Shown one piece after another: positions 51,692 through 59,589 of a stretch of DNA of 64,000 nt. The DNA comes from an uncultured Elusimicrobia bacterium (GTDB lineage Bacteria; Elusimicrobiota; Elusimicrobia; Elusimicrobiales; UBA9959), in contig CAIRNJ010000013.1 in the NCBI GenBank assembly GCA_903879915.1, positions 833-64,832 of the forward strand, in the 5' to 3' direction. Position numbers and translations under genes: made by a program. Each line of letters opens with the position of its first letter. Positions within the stretch are counted from its first letter, which is position 1. A model generated the notes under the pieces. That model did no database searches and was not told the DNA's origin. It was given only the letters and a program-made list of their open reading frames with translations.

Positions 51692-51982
51692 CTAACACCA
51701 GCCGCCCCGGGAGTGCGAGCCGTGGCTGCCGTGGGAACCGTGCGAGGCGTGAGAGCCGTGGGAACCGTGGGAACCGTGGCTCAGGTGGCTGGTGTGGCTC
51801 GTCTCGTTGAAGGCGTTCGTGTGGAACGAGATCGCCGCCGCGTTAGCCTGGTCCGCCATGGCGGCCCCGATGATTCCAAGGGCGAGGCCGGTTTTCACTA
51901 TATCCGCGTCCAGCATCTTTCCCTCTTCGCTGTTGAGAAAGAGTCTTATGTTCTTGCCTGTCCGTGGTTCTTTCTTTTTCAT
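51692..51982 (-). CDS. hxsA: His-Xaa-Ser repeat peptide (HxsA-like candidate precursor)
   Basis: 96 aa; strong SD (GAAGGAG, 6-nt spacer); basic N-terminus, hydrophobic segment TGLALGIIGAAMA, C-terminal SHTSHLSHGSHGSHGSHASHGSHGSHGSHSRGGWC; flanked by HxsB/HxsD-like genes. Confidence 0.6.
   Translation of the reverse strand: MKKKEPRTGKNIRLFLNSEEGKMLDADIVKTGLALGIIGAAMADQANAAAISFHTNAFNETSHTSHLSHGSHGSHGSHASHGSHGSHGSHSRGGWC
51710..51799 (-). repeat. 10 x 9-nt imperfect tandem repeat (gtg-gNN-NNc on the plus strand) encoding the S-H-x repeat
   Basis: His codons (gtg on plus strand) at 51713, 51722, 51731 ... 51794, exactly 9 nt apart. Confidence 0.85.
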
Positions 51983-51993
51983 AACCGGCTCCT

Positions 51994-53022
51994 TCAGTTT
52001 TTTTTGAGAATTTCCCTGACCTTTTTATTGGTCTCGTCTATGGACGTTCTCTCCGCCCTGGACAAGTGGTTGGAGAGGCTCTGGCAATAAGCCTCGCCCA
52101 GCTTTTCAAGGACGCCCGCACAGCCCGCCGGGGATTTCGAGAAGAACGCGCTGCACTCGCCCGCGTACGCTTTCGGACAGGCGGCCCTGTTGCCGTCCTG
52201 GAGGGCGCTGTAAAGCTGAAAATTCTCGACGCATTCCGGATTTTTGCAATCGTCACGGCTGCTGGGGAAGGCCATGCGGCACCTGGCCTTGCTGCTTCCC
52301 GCCTTATCGCAGACCCAGGCGAAACCCTTCGCGGCCTCGCGGCAGAACTCGGGCGGAACGGAGGCGCCGGACACGTTATCCCCGGCCAGGTATTTCCGGC
52401 AGGGCTGTTCGCTTTTATACTTGCCGGCGGCGTAGGCGAAGAACAGCACCCTGGTGGAGGGACCCACGCACTGGTAATTCGGGGAATGGAAATAATTCTC
52501 TTTGCCGCTCTGCGCCCCGGGCAGGAAATTGCACATATCAGGATTGTCGGCGGCCACGGCCTGGCAGGAGAAATACTTCGCCAGCAGGGCGTAAACCGCG
52601 TCGTTCTCGTTCTTATAAAAAGCTTCCGGCCCGGAAGCGGAATAGCCCCAGAGCCTCCCGTGGGAGGACAGGATATCGTTGAGCGACTTGCCGTCGCGGC
52701 AGACCGGGGCGTTCGCGAAATTACTCAGGATGGAGGGCATGGGTCCCTTGCCGGCCATGACCGCCGGGGGAGTGAACCCGCCCTGCATCAAAGGCCGCAC
52801 GAACTGCGCGGGTTCCGCGCCGGAGGCCGCGGGCTGCGCGGACACAGCGGAGTAAGAGGCCGCATCGGCCGGCAGCGGCACCCCGCCCGGCTGGGCCGGC
52901 GCGGCCTGGCCCGGCATAGTCCGGTCCGGCCCGGACGGCGCCGCGTTCTTCCTCTGCATATACTGAAGGAAAAGCAGCACCGCGAGAAGCCCCACTACCG
53001 ATATAATAACTGGCTTTTTCAT
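51994..53022 (-). CDS. Cys-rich membrane-anchored/exported protein
   Basis: 342 aa from ATG 53022 (ATGA overlap with hxsD-like stop); N-terminal TM KKPVIISVVGLLAVLLFL; about 15 Cys in the C-terminal 230 aa. Confidence 0.5.
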   Translation of the reverse strand: MKKPVIISVVGLLAVLLFLQYMQRKNAAPSGPDRTMPGQAAPAQPGGVPLPADAASYSAVSAQPAASGAEPAQFVRPLMQGGFTPPAVMAGKGPMPSILSNFANAPVCRDGKSLNDILSSHGRLWGYSASGPEAFYKNENDAVYALLAKYFSCQAVAADNPDMCNFLPGAQSGKENYFHSPNYQCVGPSTRVLFFAYAAGKYKSEQPCRKYLAGDNVSGASVPPEFCREAAKGFAWVCDKAGSSKARCRMAFPSSRDDCKNPECVENFQLYSALQDGNRAACPKAYAGECSAFFSKSPAGCAGVLEKLGEAYCQSLSNHLSRAERTSIDETNKKVREILKKN

Positions 53023-53336
53023 TGTCCCCTCCCGTTCTTCGCCTGTGTTCTTTCGCCGCAAGCCGACAGCAGCGCCCTGGTGACTATCATACCGGCCAGC
53101 CTGGAATTCTTTTTGGCCAGGTCTATCCTGCACTGCTGGTTCAAAGCCTCGTTGGCCAGTTCCCCGGCCAGGCGCCCGTCCGCGTCCCCGTTCAGCAGCA
53201 CCCGCGTGACCGCCCTGCCCGGCAGCACTTTTACGCGGCATTTCCCGGAGAAAACATAAGCCGCCAGCTCCACGGCTTCCCTCGAATAGACCGCGGCCTC
53301 AAAAACGAGCTCCCTGCCGCTTTTACGCTCTTTCAT
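53019..53336 (-). CDS. hxsD: HxsD-like small protein
   Basis: 105 aa; ELANEALNQQCRIDL resembles the LLNDYxLRE signature I recall for HxsD (TIGR03976); start overlaps HxsB-like stop by 14 nt. Confidence 0.45.
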   Translation of the reverse strand: MKERKSGRELVFEAAVYSREAVELAAYVFSGKCRVKVLPGRAVTRVLLNGDADGRLAGELANEALNQQCRIDLAKKNSRLAGMIVTRALLSACGERTQAKNGRGQ

Positions 53337-54792
53337 TTGTCCTCACCCATTTTTCAAGAATTTCCCTGTCTCCGGCTTTCCTTAGCTTCGAGAAGAGCGT
53401 CCCGAAAACGCCCTTGAAAAGCCTGCACCTGTCGTTCGACCGCATGTTTCCCCAGAGCGAGCCCTGCGACTCGTAGTTATACACCGGGCAGACCCCGCAG
53501 TAGGGCTTATAGGCGCAGCGGGCGCAGTCCGGCTGCGCCTCTAGGTTCGAGGACAGCGAGCAGGCCCTGGCGGCCGGGCTTGAAAGGGCCTGCTTGAAGG
53601 TACTGGTGAAGACGTTGCCCATGCGGAAAATATCGTCGCCTTCCCAGCCCACCATGCGCCCCTCGTCGCAGGTGTAAAGGTCGCCGTTATAGTTATAAGC
53701 TATCTGGCCTATGGCCGCGCCGCAGGGGCCGCGCGCGTCCAGGTAGCCGGGCTCCCGGAAATCAAGGATCTTTTCCAGCATCATGGCCGCCATCTTCTCG
53801 CGTATGACAACGCCGCGGCGGTTCAGCGCTATTATGTAGTCAAGGCACTTCGCGTAAAAATCGGAGAACTCGGCCGGGGTAAAGCCTATCTTTTCCCAGA
53901 GGGTTTTGGCGTAGCCTATGGGGGAGAGCGGCCGTATAAAGATGTCCCCGAAGCCGAGCGCCGCGTACTCGTCGATGATCTCCTTGTGCCTGGAAAGGGA
54001 ATAGCGCGAAACGGTGAGCAGGGCGCTGGGCTTGAAAACGCGGTATTCGGGGACCTGGACCGCGTATCTCTTCCTGAAATATTTTATCCACCTCACCGCG
54101 CCGGCGTGGGAATTGCCGGCGGAGTACACGCGGTTCCTGTTGTGCAGGTCCGCCGGACCGTCCAGCGAGGTGCACAGAGAGACCTCGTTCTCAAGAAGGA
54201 ACCGCGCCTTCTCTTCCGTCATCAGCGTAAAATTGGAGACCAGCGCCAGCTTTAGTTCCTTTTTCGCGGCCGCGGCTTTTTTGCGCGCGTACTTCGTAAC
54301 GGCCTTGAGGACCTCCCAGTTAAGCAGCGGCTCTCCGCCCTGGAACTCTATGGTTATGGCCGGGTTGGGAGAGCTGAAGGCGAAATCCACGCTCCTGAGC
54401 GCGGTCTTAAGCGGCATGTCGGTCTTTTTTGCGCCAACGCCGGCGGCGCTGGACTGGCAGTAAAGGCATTTATGGTTGCACCTGAGCGTGAGGACCAGAA
54501 TGTGCAGCCCGGGGCCCTGGTCGAGGTGCCCGTTGCGGGTCCGCCACTTCGCGGCGAGCCCGTCCAGGTCCATGCGGTCGCGCACGAACCCGCCGGCGGC
54601 GAGGTCCGCGAACAGCGGGTCGCTCTTCGCCAGCCGGCCGCCTATCACGCGCCCGAAATCTTTCTCTTTCAGCCAGGCGTGGCAGCCGGCCTCGTTGGTC
54701 AGCAGGCGGCCGCCTGTCGTCCTTTCCCAGAGCGCCTGCGGCGCGGGCGAGACGGACCTATTTATTTTTTTTCGCGCTTGTTTTGCCGCCAT
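53323..54792 (-). CDS. hxsB: HxsB-like radical SAM/SPASM maturase
   Basis: 489 aa; N-terminal extension; LTLRCNHKCLYC; EFQGGEPLLN; CARCAYKPYCGVCPVYNY; next to His-Xaa-Ser peptide and HxsD-like genes. Confidence 0.7.
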   Translation of the reverse strand: MAAKQARKKINRSVSPAPQALWERTTGGRLLTNEAGCHAWLKEKDFGRVIGGRLAKSDPLFADLAAGGFVRDRMDLDGLAAKWRTRNGHLDQGPGLHILVLTLRCNHKCLYCQSSAAGVGAKKTDMPLKTALRSVDFAFSSPNPAITIEFQGGEPLLNWEVLKAVTKYARKKAAAAKKELKLALVSNFTLMTEEKARFLLENEVSLCTSLDGPADLHNRNRVYSAGNSHAGAVRWIKYFRKRYAVQVPEYRVFKPSALLTVSRYSLSRHKEIIDEYAALGFGDIFIRPLSPIGYAKTLWEKIGFTPAEFSDFYAKCLDYIIALNRRGVVIREKMAAMMLEKILDFREPGYLDARGPCGAAIGQIAYNYNGDLYTCDEGRMVGWEGDDIFRMGNVFTSTFKQALSSPAARACSLSSNLEAQPDCARCAYKPYCGVCPVYNYESQGSLWGNMRSNDRCRLFKGVFGTLFSKLRKAGDREILEKWVRTNERA

Positions 54793-55228
54793 ACGTGTCT
54801 TCCCAGGTCCTGGTTATTCCCAAAGGGTCTTCCTGCCGCCCGTTCAGCGCGTCCTTCTTTATTTCTCCCTCGACCTGCGCGATAAGCTCTTCAAGCTCTT
54901 TTTCCTGCTCGGCGGTAAGGCCCGGGTCCGCGGCGGCCTCCGGTTTCTTCGCCGGGGAAAGCGCCTTCATCACCAGGAATTCGCGCAGTTCCCTGTTATT
55001 GTCGGCGACGGCCTCCCGCAGCTTCTCGTCGGCGAGCTCGGACAGGAACCGGGCCCTGAGCCCGGCAGGCGGCTTGCCGTCCCTTGCGGACAGCTCCACC
55101 GCCATGCCGGTTTTTCCGGCACCCCGCACCATAACGAAAGCCGCGCCGCTGACCGCGTAGGCCGCGTAGCGCACGGCGTCGGCGCTGTACTTCTTCAGAT
55201 CCACTTTTACGATGATCGTCTTAGTCAA
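54758..55228 (-). CDS. HxsD-like protein with acidic C-terminal extension
   Basis: 156 aa; FLSELADEKLRE matches the LLNDYxLRE-type motif; about 60-aa charged tail (EQEKELEELIAQVEGEIKKD...). Confidence 0.45.
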   Translation of the reverse strand: MTKTIIVKVDLKKYSADAVRYAAYAVSGAAFVMVRGAGKTGMAVELSARDGKPPAGLRARFLSELADEKLREAVADNNRELREFLVMKALSPAKKPEAAADPGLTAEQEKELEELIAQVEGEIKKDALNGRQEDPLGITRTWEDTYGGKTSAKKNK

Positions 55229-55276
55229 AGCCCGCTCCTTTAACGGCCGGAACGCCGCGCGCCCGGTCGATCGGGG

Positions 55277-55963
55277 CTACCAAAGATTACAGCAGATCAT
55301 GGTACCGCCCCAGTCCCCGCCAAGACCGATAGCGCCGGGTTCGGCGCCGGCGCCCAGCGTTGCACTCACCGGCAAATACCCGACCTGTCTCGTAGTGCCG
55401 TCGCCCCTGAAACCGACGACCCTCGTGCTGCCCGGGCAGGTCCCCCAGCCCAGGCCGTAGCCTGTGGTGAAACAGACGTTATACATTTTCCCCTGGATCT
55501 CCAGACCCCCGTTCGTGGGGTCGGAGGTCTCCACCCTCAGGCGGGAGGCCTGCGACAGGATGACCCTGGCCGAAAAGTCCTCCGCCCCCTGGGCGAAATC
55601 TATATACGGCGTTCCGAGTCCCCCAAGCTCCAGGGAGGCACCCTGGTCCGAGGACAGCATCCCCTTGCTGACGGTGGGGCCCCATTTTATGGCGCCGATG
55701 ACGTTCAATTTCGTGGTGGTCGGGTTCCCGGAATTCGCGCCTATGCTAACGGTGGAATTCACCGAATCGCGGGCAAGGAAGGTATTGCCGGTGGTCAGGA
55801 GACTGGCATAGCCGCCGTAAGGGGCCGGATAGTAAGTAGTAAGGGTCAGGGTCTCGGAACCCAGCGTCCCGGGATGCCAGGCAAGGAACAAAAATGTCAG
55901 GATAAGCAGGGCTTTTTCCCTCGTCAGCCTGAACTCAATAACTATATTTCGGGTAGTTTCCAT
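55277..55963 (-). CDS. hypothetical exported Gly/Thr-rich protein
   Basis: 228 aa; TM/signal ALLILTFLFLAW; TTYYPAPYGGYASL; C-terminal GGDWGGTMICCNLW; 48 nt upstream of the Hxs-type operon on the same strand. Confidence 0.45.
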   Translation of the reverse strand: METTRNIVIEFRLTREKALLILTFLFLAWHPGTLGSETLTLTTYYPAPYGGYASLLTTGNTFLARDSVNSTVSIGANSGNPTTTKLNVIGAIKWGPTVSKGMLSSDQGASLELGGLGTPYIDFAQGAEDFSARVILSQASRLRVETSDPTNGGLEIQGKMYNVCFTTGYGLGWGTCPGSTRVVGFRGDGTTRQVGYLPVSATLGAGAEPGAIGLGGDWGGTMICCNLW

Positions 55964-56119
55964 AAAACCCCCCCCCGGACTCGTAGTCTACGCTATTGCG
56001 CCGGAAAGATGAACCGTCCGCTCCAGCCGGAGCTTGACGGCGCGAACCTGTTTAATACGCGTTTATAACTGTTATAGTCTACCACAAATACTCCCGCTAT
56101 TCAATGGCACGGGGGGCAC

Positions 56120-56776
56120 TCACGCCAGGACTTCGGCGGCAAAGGCTTTGACCTCTTCCATGAAGCTCTGCCATGAGCTTACCGGCAGACAGCCTGTACG
56201 GAAGATGACAAGATGGCCGCCGGCGCCCTGCACCCGCAGGCCCAGGTTGGCCTCGAACCAGGCGGCGCGCCGCGGCGTAAAGAACAGGTGCACCGCGGCC
56301 TCGTCGGGCCCGGTCAGGCGGTACTTATCGGAGAACAGCGGAAAGGCGGGCAGGTCGATGTCCTTGAACCCCAGGGCCTCGCCTATCTTGTAGACAAAGG
56401 TCTCGGGCTTCAGGTCGAAAGCCGGCACCGCGAAGCCCTGGCAGGCTATCAGCGCCAGCGTGAAATTATGGCTCTGGCTGTTCTTGCCGCCGCCTGTGAC
56501 ATAGCGGTAGTCGAAAAAACTTATATTCCCGGCCCGGGATTGCGTCTGTATCAGGTTAGAGGATTTGCGCGAACGCCCCAGCCTGAAGATCTCGAGCCCG
56601 GTGCCTTCCAGCGCGTAAGCGTCCGGACCTTCGGGAGAAAAAAGCAGGCCTATCGAGGCCGCCAGCTGTTCAAGGTCCTTGCGGCGCCGCCATTTCGAAT
56701 AAAAAGAAAAGGCGATCACGACCGCCGGTATGGCCAGGAATATCCACAGCATATTAGATTGAAGACTGGTTTCCAT
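56120..56776 (-). CDS. hypothetical N-terminally anchored protein
   Basis: 218 aa; TM MLWIFLAIPAVVIAFSFY; no family recognised. Confidence 0.45.
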   Translation of the reverse strand: METSLQSNMLWIFLAIPAVVIAFSFYSKWRRRKDLEQLAASIGLLFSPEGPDAYALEGTGLEIFRLGRSRKSSNLIQTQSRAGNISFFDYRYVTGGGKNSQSHNFTLALIACQGFAVPAFDLKPETFVYKIGEALGFKDIDLPAFPLFSDKYRLTGPDEAAVHLFFTPRRAAWFEANLGLRVQGAGGHLVIFRTGCLPVSSWQSFMEEVKAFAAEVLA

Positions 56777-56785
56777 TACCCCTCC

Positions 56786-57520
56786 TTAAAAGCGGCGCAG
56801 CGCGCGCCGCAGGGCCAGGCTGCCTTTTATATTGCGGGCCGCCAGCCCCAGGCGGTCGCCCAGCCCGCGGTTCCAGCTCGAAACGCCGCTGGTCCTTTCA
56901 CCCAGCCGCATAGGCACGCGCAGCACCGTGAACCCCAGCTTTCTGGCCAGCGCGTAAGCGTAAAGGTCCAGCAGGAAATTCTCCGGAGCTCCCGCCCAGT
57001 GCCCGAGCAGCGAGCGGTGGAAGAGGGTGGGCTGGCCGTTTATGTCCCGGAGCACGGTCCCGAAAAGCAGCGACTCGAAGACCGCCATGCCCGCGGTAAA
57101 GAAAGTTTCGGCCGGCGGCCGCGCGCCGCGCAGGCCTTTCAGGAATATTTTTTCCCCGCGGCCGGAGCGCAGCCTGTCCACCGCGGCCAGGATCTCCGCC
57201 GGGTCGTACTGGAGGTCGCCGTGCGCCCAGCCGGCGTACAGCCCGCGGGCGGTTTTCAGCCCTTCGTTTATGCCGTGGCCGTAGCCCCGGTTCTCAGGCA
57301 CGGTCACGACGCGCAGGAAGGGGAACTCCGGCGCCAGCGCGCGCAGCGCGGCGCCGGAGGCGTCGGTGGAGCCGTTGTCCACCACTATCAGCTCGAAATC
57401 CGGCGCGCTAAGCGCGGCGGCGAACCCGCCCACCAGGCGCGCCAGGTTCCCTTCCTCGTTGTAGCAGGGGATGACCAGGGAGCAGAAGATCTCCCGGGCG
57501 GAGCTATCCGTCGAGGCCAT
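56786..57520 (-). CDS. family 2 glycosyltransferase
   Basis: 244 aa; SLVIPCYNEEGNL; VVDNGSTD; ENRGYGHGI. Confidence 0.7.
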   Translation of the reverse strand: MASTDSSAREIFCSLVIPCYNEEGNLARLVGGFAAALSAPDFELIVVDNGSTDASGAALRALAPEFPFLRVVTVPENRGYGHGINEGLKTARGLYAGWAHGDLQYDPAEILAAVDRLRSGRGEKIFLKGLRGARPPAETFFTAGMAVFESLLFGTVLRDINGQPTLFHRSLLGHWAGAPENFLLDLYAYALARKLGFTVLRVPMRLGERTSGVSSWNRGLGDRLGLAARNIKGSLALRRALRRF

Positions 57521-58265
57521 GAGTTTTCACCTTCTCCACGTCTTCGGGCGTGCCCAGCGGCGTTATGCCGCGGGCCTCGTCCAGCACGAATTCCCGCCCG
57601 GCGGCGATGAGCGTATTGTAAAGCGGTGCCACGTATAGCTCGCCCGCCGCGGGCCCGGCCAGCGCCTCCCCGGCGGCGGAGAAAAAATCCGCGGCGTCCG
57701 TGAAATGATAAAGGCCGGTCAGGGCGTTGTCCGAGATCTGTATCTTTTCGGCCACGGCCAGCACCATTCCGCCGGGGCCGAGGCGCGCGAAGCTCCACTT
57801 GGGGTCTTTGGCCGCGAGCTTGAAGGACCCCAGCACGCCGTCTTTTTTACCGGGGCCGGAGAGTTTTCCGAGCAGCGTGTCCGACAGAAAACGCGTGTCG
57901 ATATTGTAAATGGCGAGCCCGGAGCCGGGCGGCACCGCGTCTTTCGCCCTCATCACGGTCTCGGCCTGCCCGCGCGTGGGCGCGTCCAGCAGAACCAGCT
58001 CGAAGTCAGGCCGGAAAGCCGCGCCGCCGCAGATGCCGTCCAGCGCCGAGACGATAAAGCCCTCCAGGCCGTATCGTTCCTGGTGCTCTTTCAGGGCGAT
58101 GAAGATTATTTTGCGCGCCGGTTCCAGCGGAAGGCTCCGCAGGGAATGCTCGAACAGCGTGGCGCCGGCGGCGCGCAGCATGTACTTGGGCAAAGTATAG
58201 CCGGCCCTGGTGAATCTTGTACCAAGGCCGGCCATGGCTACGGCGTAAACGAGGTTCTTTTTCAT
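57504..58265 (-). CDS. nucleotidyltransferase-fold (sugar-phosphate/capsule-type) protein
   Basis: 253 aa; AMAGLGTRF...LPKYML signature of GT-A-fold nucleotidyltransferases. Confidence 0.55.
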   Translation of the reverse strand: MKKNLVYAVAMAGLGTRFTRAGYTLPKYMLRAAGATLFEHSLRSLPLEPARKIIFIALKEHQERYGLEGFIVSALDGICGGAAFRPDFELVLLDAPTRGQAETVMRAKDAVPPGSGLAIYNIDTRFLSDTLLGKLSGPGKKDGVLGSFKLAAKDPKWSFARLGPGGMVLAVAEKIQISDNALTGLYHFTDAADFFSAAGEALAGPAAGELYVAPLYNTLIAAGREFVLDEARGITPLGTPEDVEKVKTHGLDG

Positions 58266-58287
58266 CCGCGCTCCGCCCGCGTACGGT

Positions 58288-59589
58288 CTACAGCAGTTCC
58301 GCCACCAGGGCCGCCAGCGGGCTGCGCTCGGTCTTGGTGAACGTTACATGGCCGTAAAGTTTCTGGCCGCGCATCCGGTCCACTATGTAGGTGAGGCCGT
58401 TGGACGCGATATCCAGGTAGGGGTTGTCTATCTGGTACGGGTCGCCGGTCACCACCACCTTGGTGCCCTCTCCGGCGCGCGAAAGGATGGTCTTTATCTC
58501 GTGCGGGGTGAGGTTCTGCGCGTCGTCCACGATCATGTACTGCTTGGGCAGCGAGCGGCCGCGGATATGGGTGACCGAGGCGATCTCTATCTTCTCGTTC
58601 TGCAGCAGGTATTCGAACTTCTCCATGGCGCTTTCCTGGTGGCGCTTGTCCATGATGAACTCCAGGTTGTCGTAGATGGCGCCCATCCAGGTGGAAAGCT
58701 TCTCTTCCTTGGTGCCGGGGATGAAGCCGATATCCTTGCCCACGGGCACTATCGGGCGGCAGATGATGAGCTTCCTGTAGATGTTCTCCTCCACCGATTT
58801 CTGCAGGCCGCAGACCAGCGTTATCAGCGTTTTGCCGGTGCCGGCCGCGCCCAGCAGCGTGACGAGCTTGACGGAGTCGTCCATCAGCAGTTCCATCGCG
58901 CAGCGCTGCTCCTTATTGAGCGGCCTGATGCCCCAGGGAGAGGGCTCCGGGTTAAGGGCGCGCAGCTTGGTGATATCGGCCGGGTCCACGCGGCCTATGG
59001 CCGATTTCTTGGCGTCTTCCTTGGAATGCAGCACCACGAATTCGTTGGGCGAAAGGTCCGGGGAGGGGCTGGCTATGACATGGTCCTTGTAGAACTTGTC
59101 CACCGTGTCGGAAGTGACGTCCTCCGCGACTATGCCGGAGTAAAGCTCGTCCACGTTGACCTTGCCGGCCTCGTAGTCCTGCGCCACCAGGCCCACGGCC
59201 TCGGCTTTCAGGCGCAGGTTGATGTCCTTGGTGACCAGGATGATGGTGTGCTTCTTCTGCGCGTGCCAGAACGCGTTGTTCAGGATGCGGTTATCCATCT
59301 CCACCAGCTTGAATTCCTTGGGCAGCACCTGCGGGCGGTCCAGCTCCACTATCAGCGTGCCGCCGTGCTCGGTCTTCACGCCCGTGCTCAGCTTGCCCTT
59401 GACGCGGTAGCCGTCCAGCTTGCGCGAAACTATGCGCGCGCTGCGGCCGCGCTCGTCGCCGGCGTTCTTGAAGGTGTCCAGCTCCTCGATGACGGAGATC
59501 GGGATGACCACCGTATTATCCTCGAATTTGGTGAAAGAAAGGGGGTCGTGGATAAGAACGTTGGTGTCGAGAATATAGAATTTTTTCAT
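58288..59589 (-). CDS. PIN-domain + PhoH-like ATPase (YlaK-type)
   Basis: 433 aa from ATG 59589; N-terminal PIN (FYILDTNVLIHDP); Walker A GAAGTGKT; Walker B-like MIVDDAQN. Confidence 0.8.
   Translation of the reverse strand: MKKFYILDTNVLIHDPLSFTKFEDNTVVIPISVIEELDTFKNAGDERGRSARIVSRKLDGYRVKGKLSTGVKTEHGGTLIVELDRPQVLPKEFKLVEMDNRILNNAFWHAQKKHTIILVTKDINLRLKAEAVGLVAQDYEAGKVNVDELYSGIVAEDVTSDTVDKFYKDHVIASPSPDLSPNEFVVLHSKEDAKKSAIGRVDPADITKLRALNPEPSPWGIRPLNKEQRCAMELLMDDSVKLVTLLGAAGTGKTLITLVCGLQKSVEENIYRKLIICRPIVPVGKDIGFIPGTKEEKLSTWMGAIYDNLEFIMDKRHQESAMEKFEYLLQNEKIEIASVTHIRGRSLPKQYMIVDDAQNLTPHEIKTILSRAGEGTKVVVTGDPYQIDNPYLDIASNGLTYIVDRMRGQKLYGHVTFTKTERSPLAALVAELL

Noticed and set aside
51710-51799. The 9-nt tandem repeat, considered as a non-coding VNTR or degenerate CRISPR-like array
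   Set aside because: The period of 9 nt is in frame within an ORF that has a strong SD, and there are no spacers. It is best explained as coding for the S-H-x repeat.
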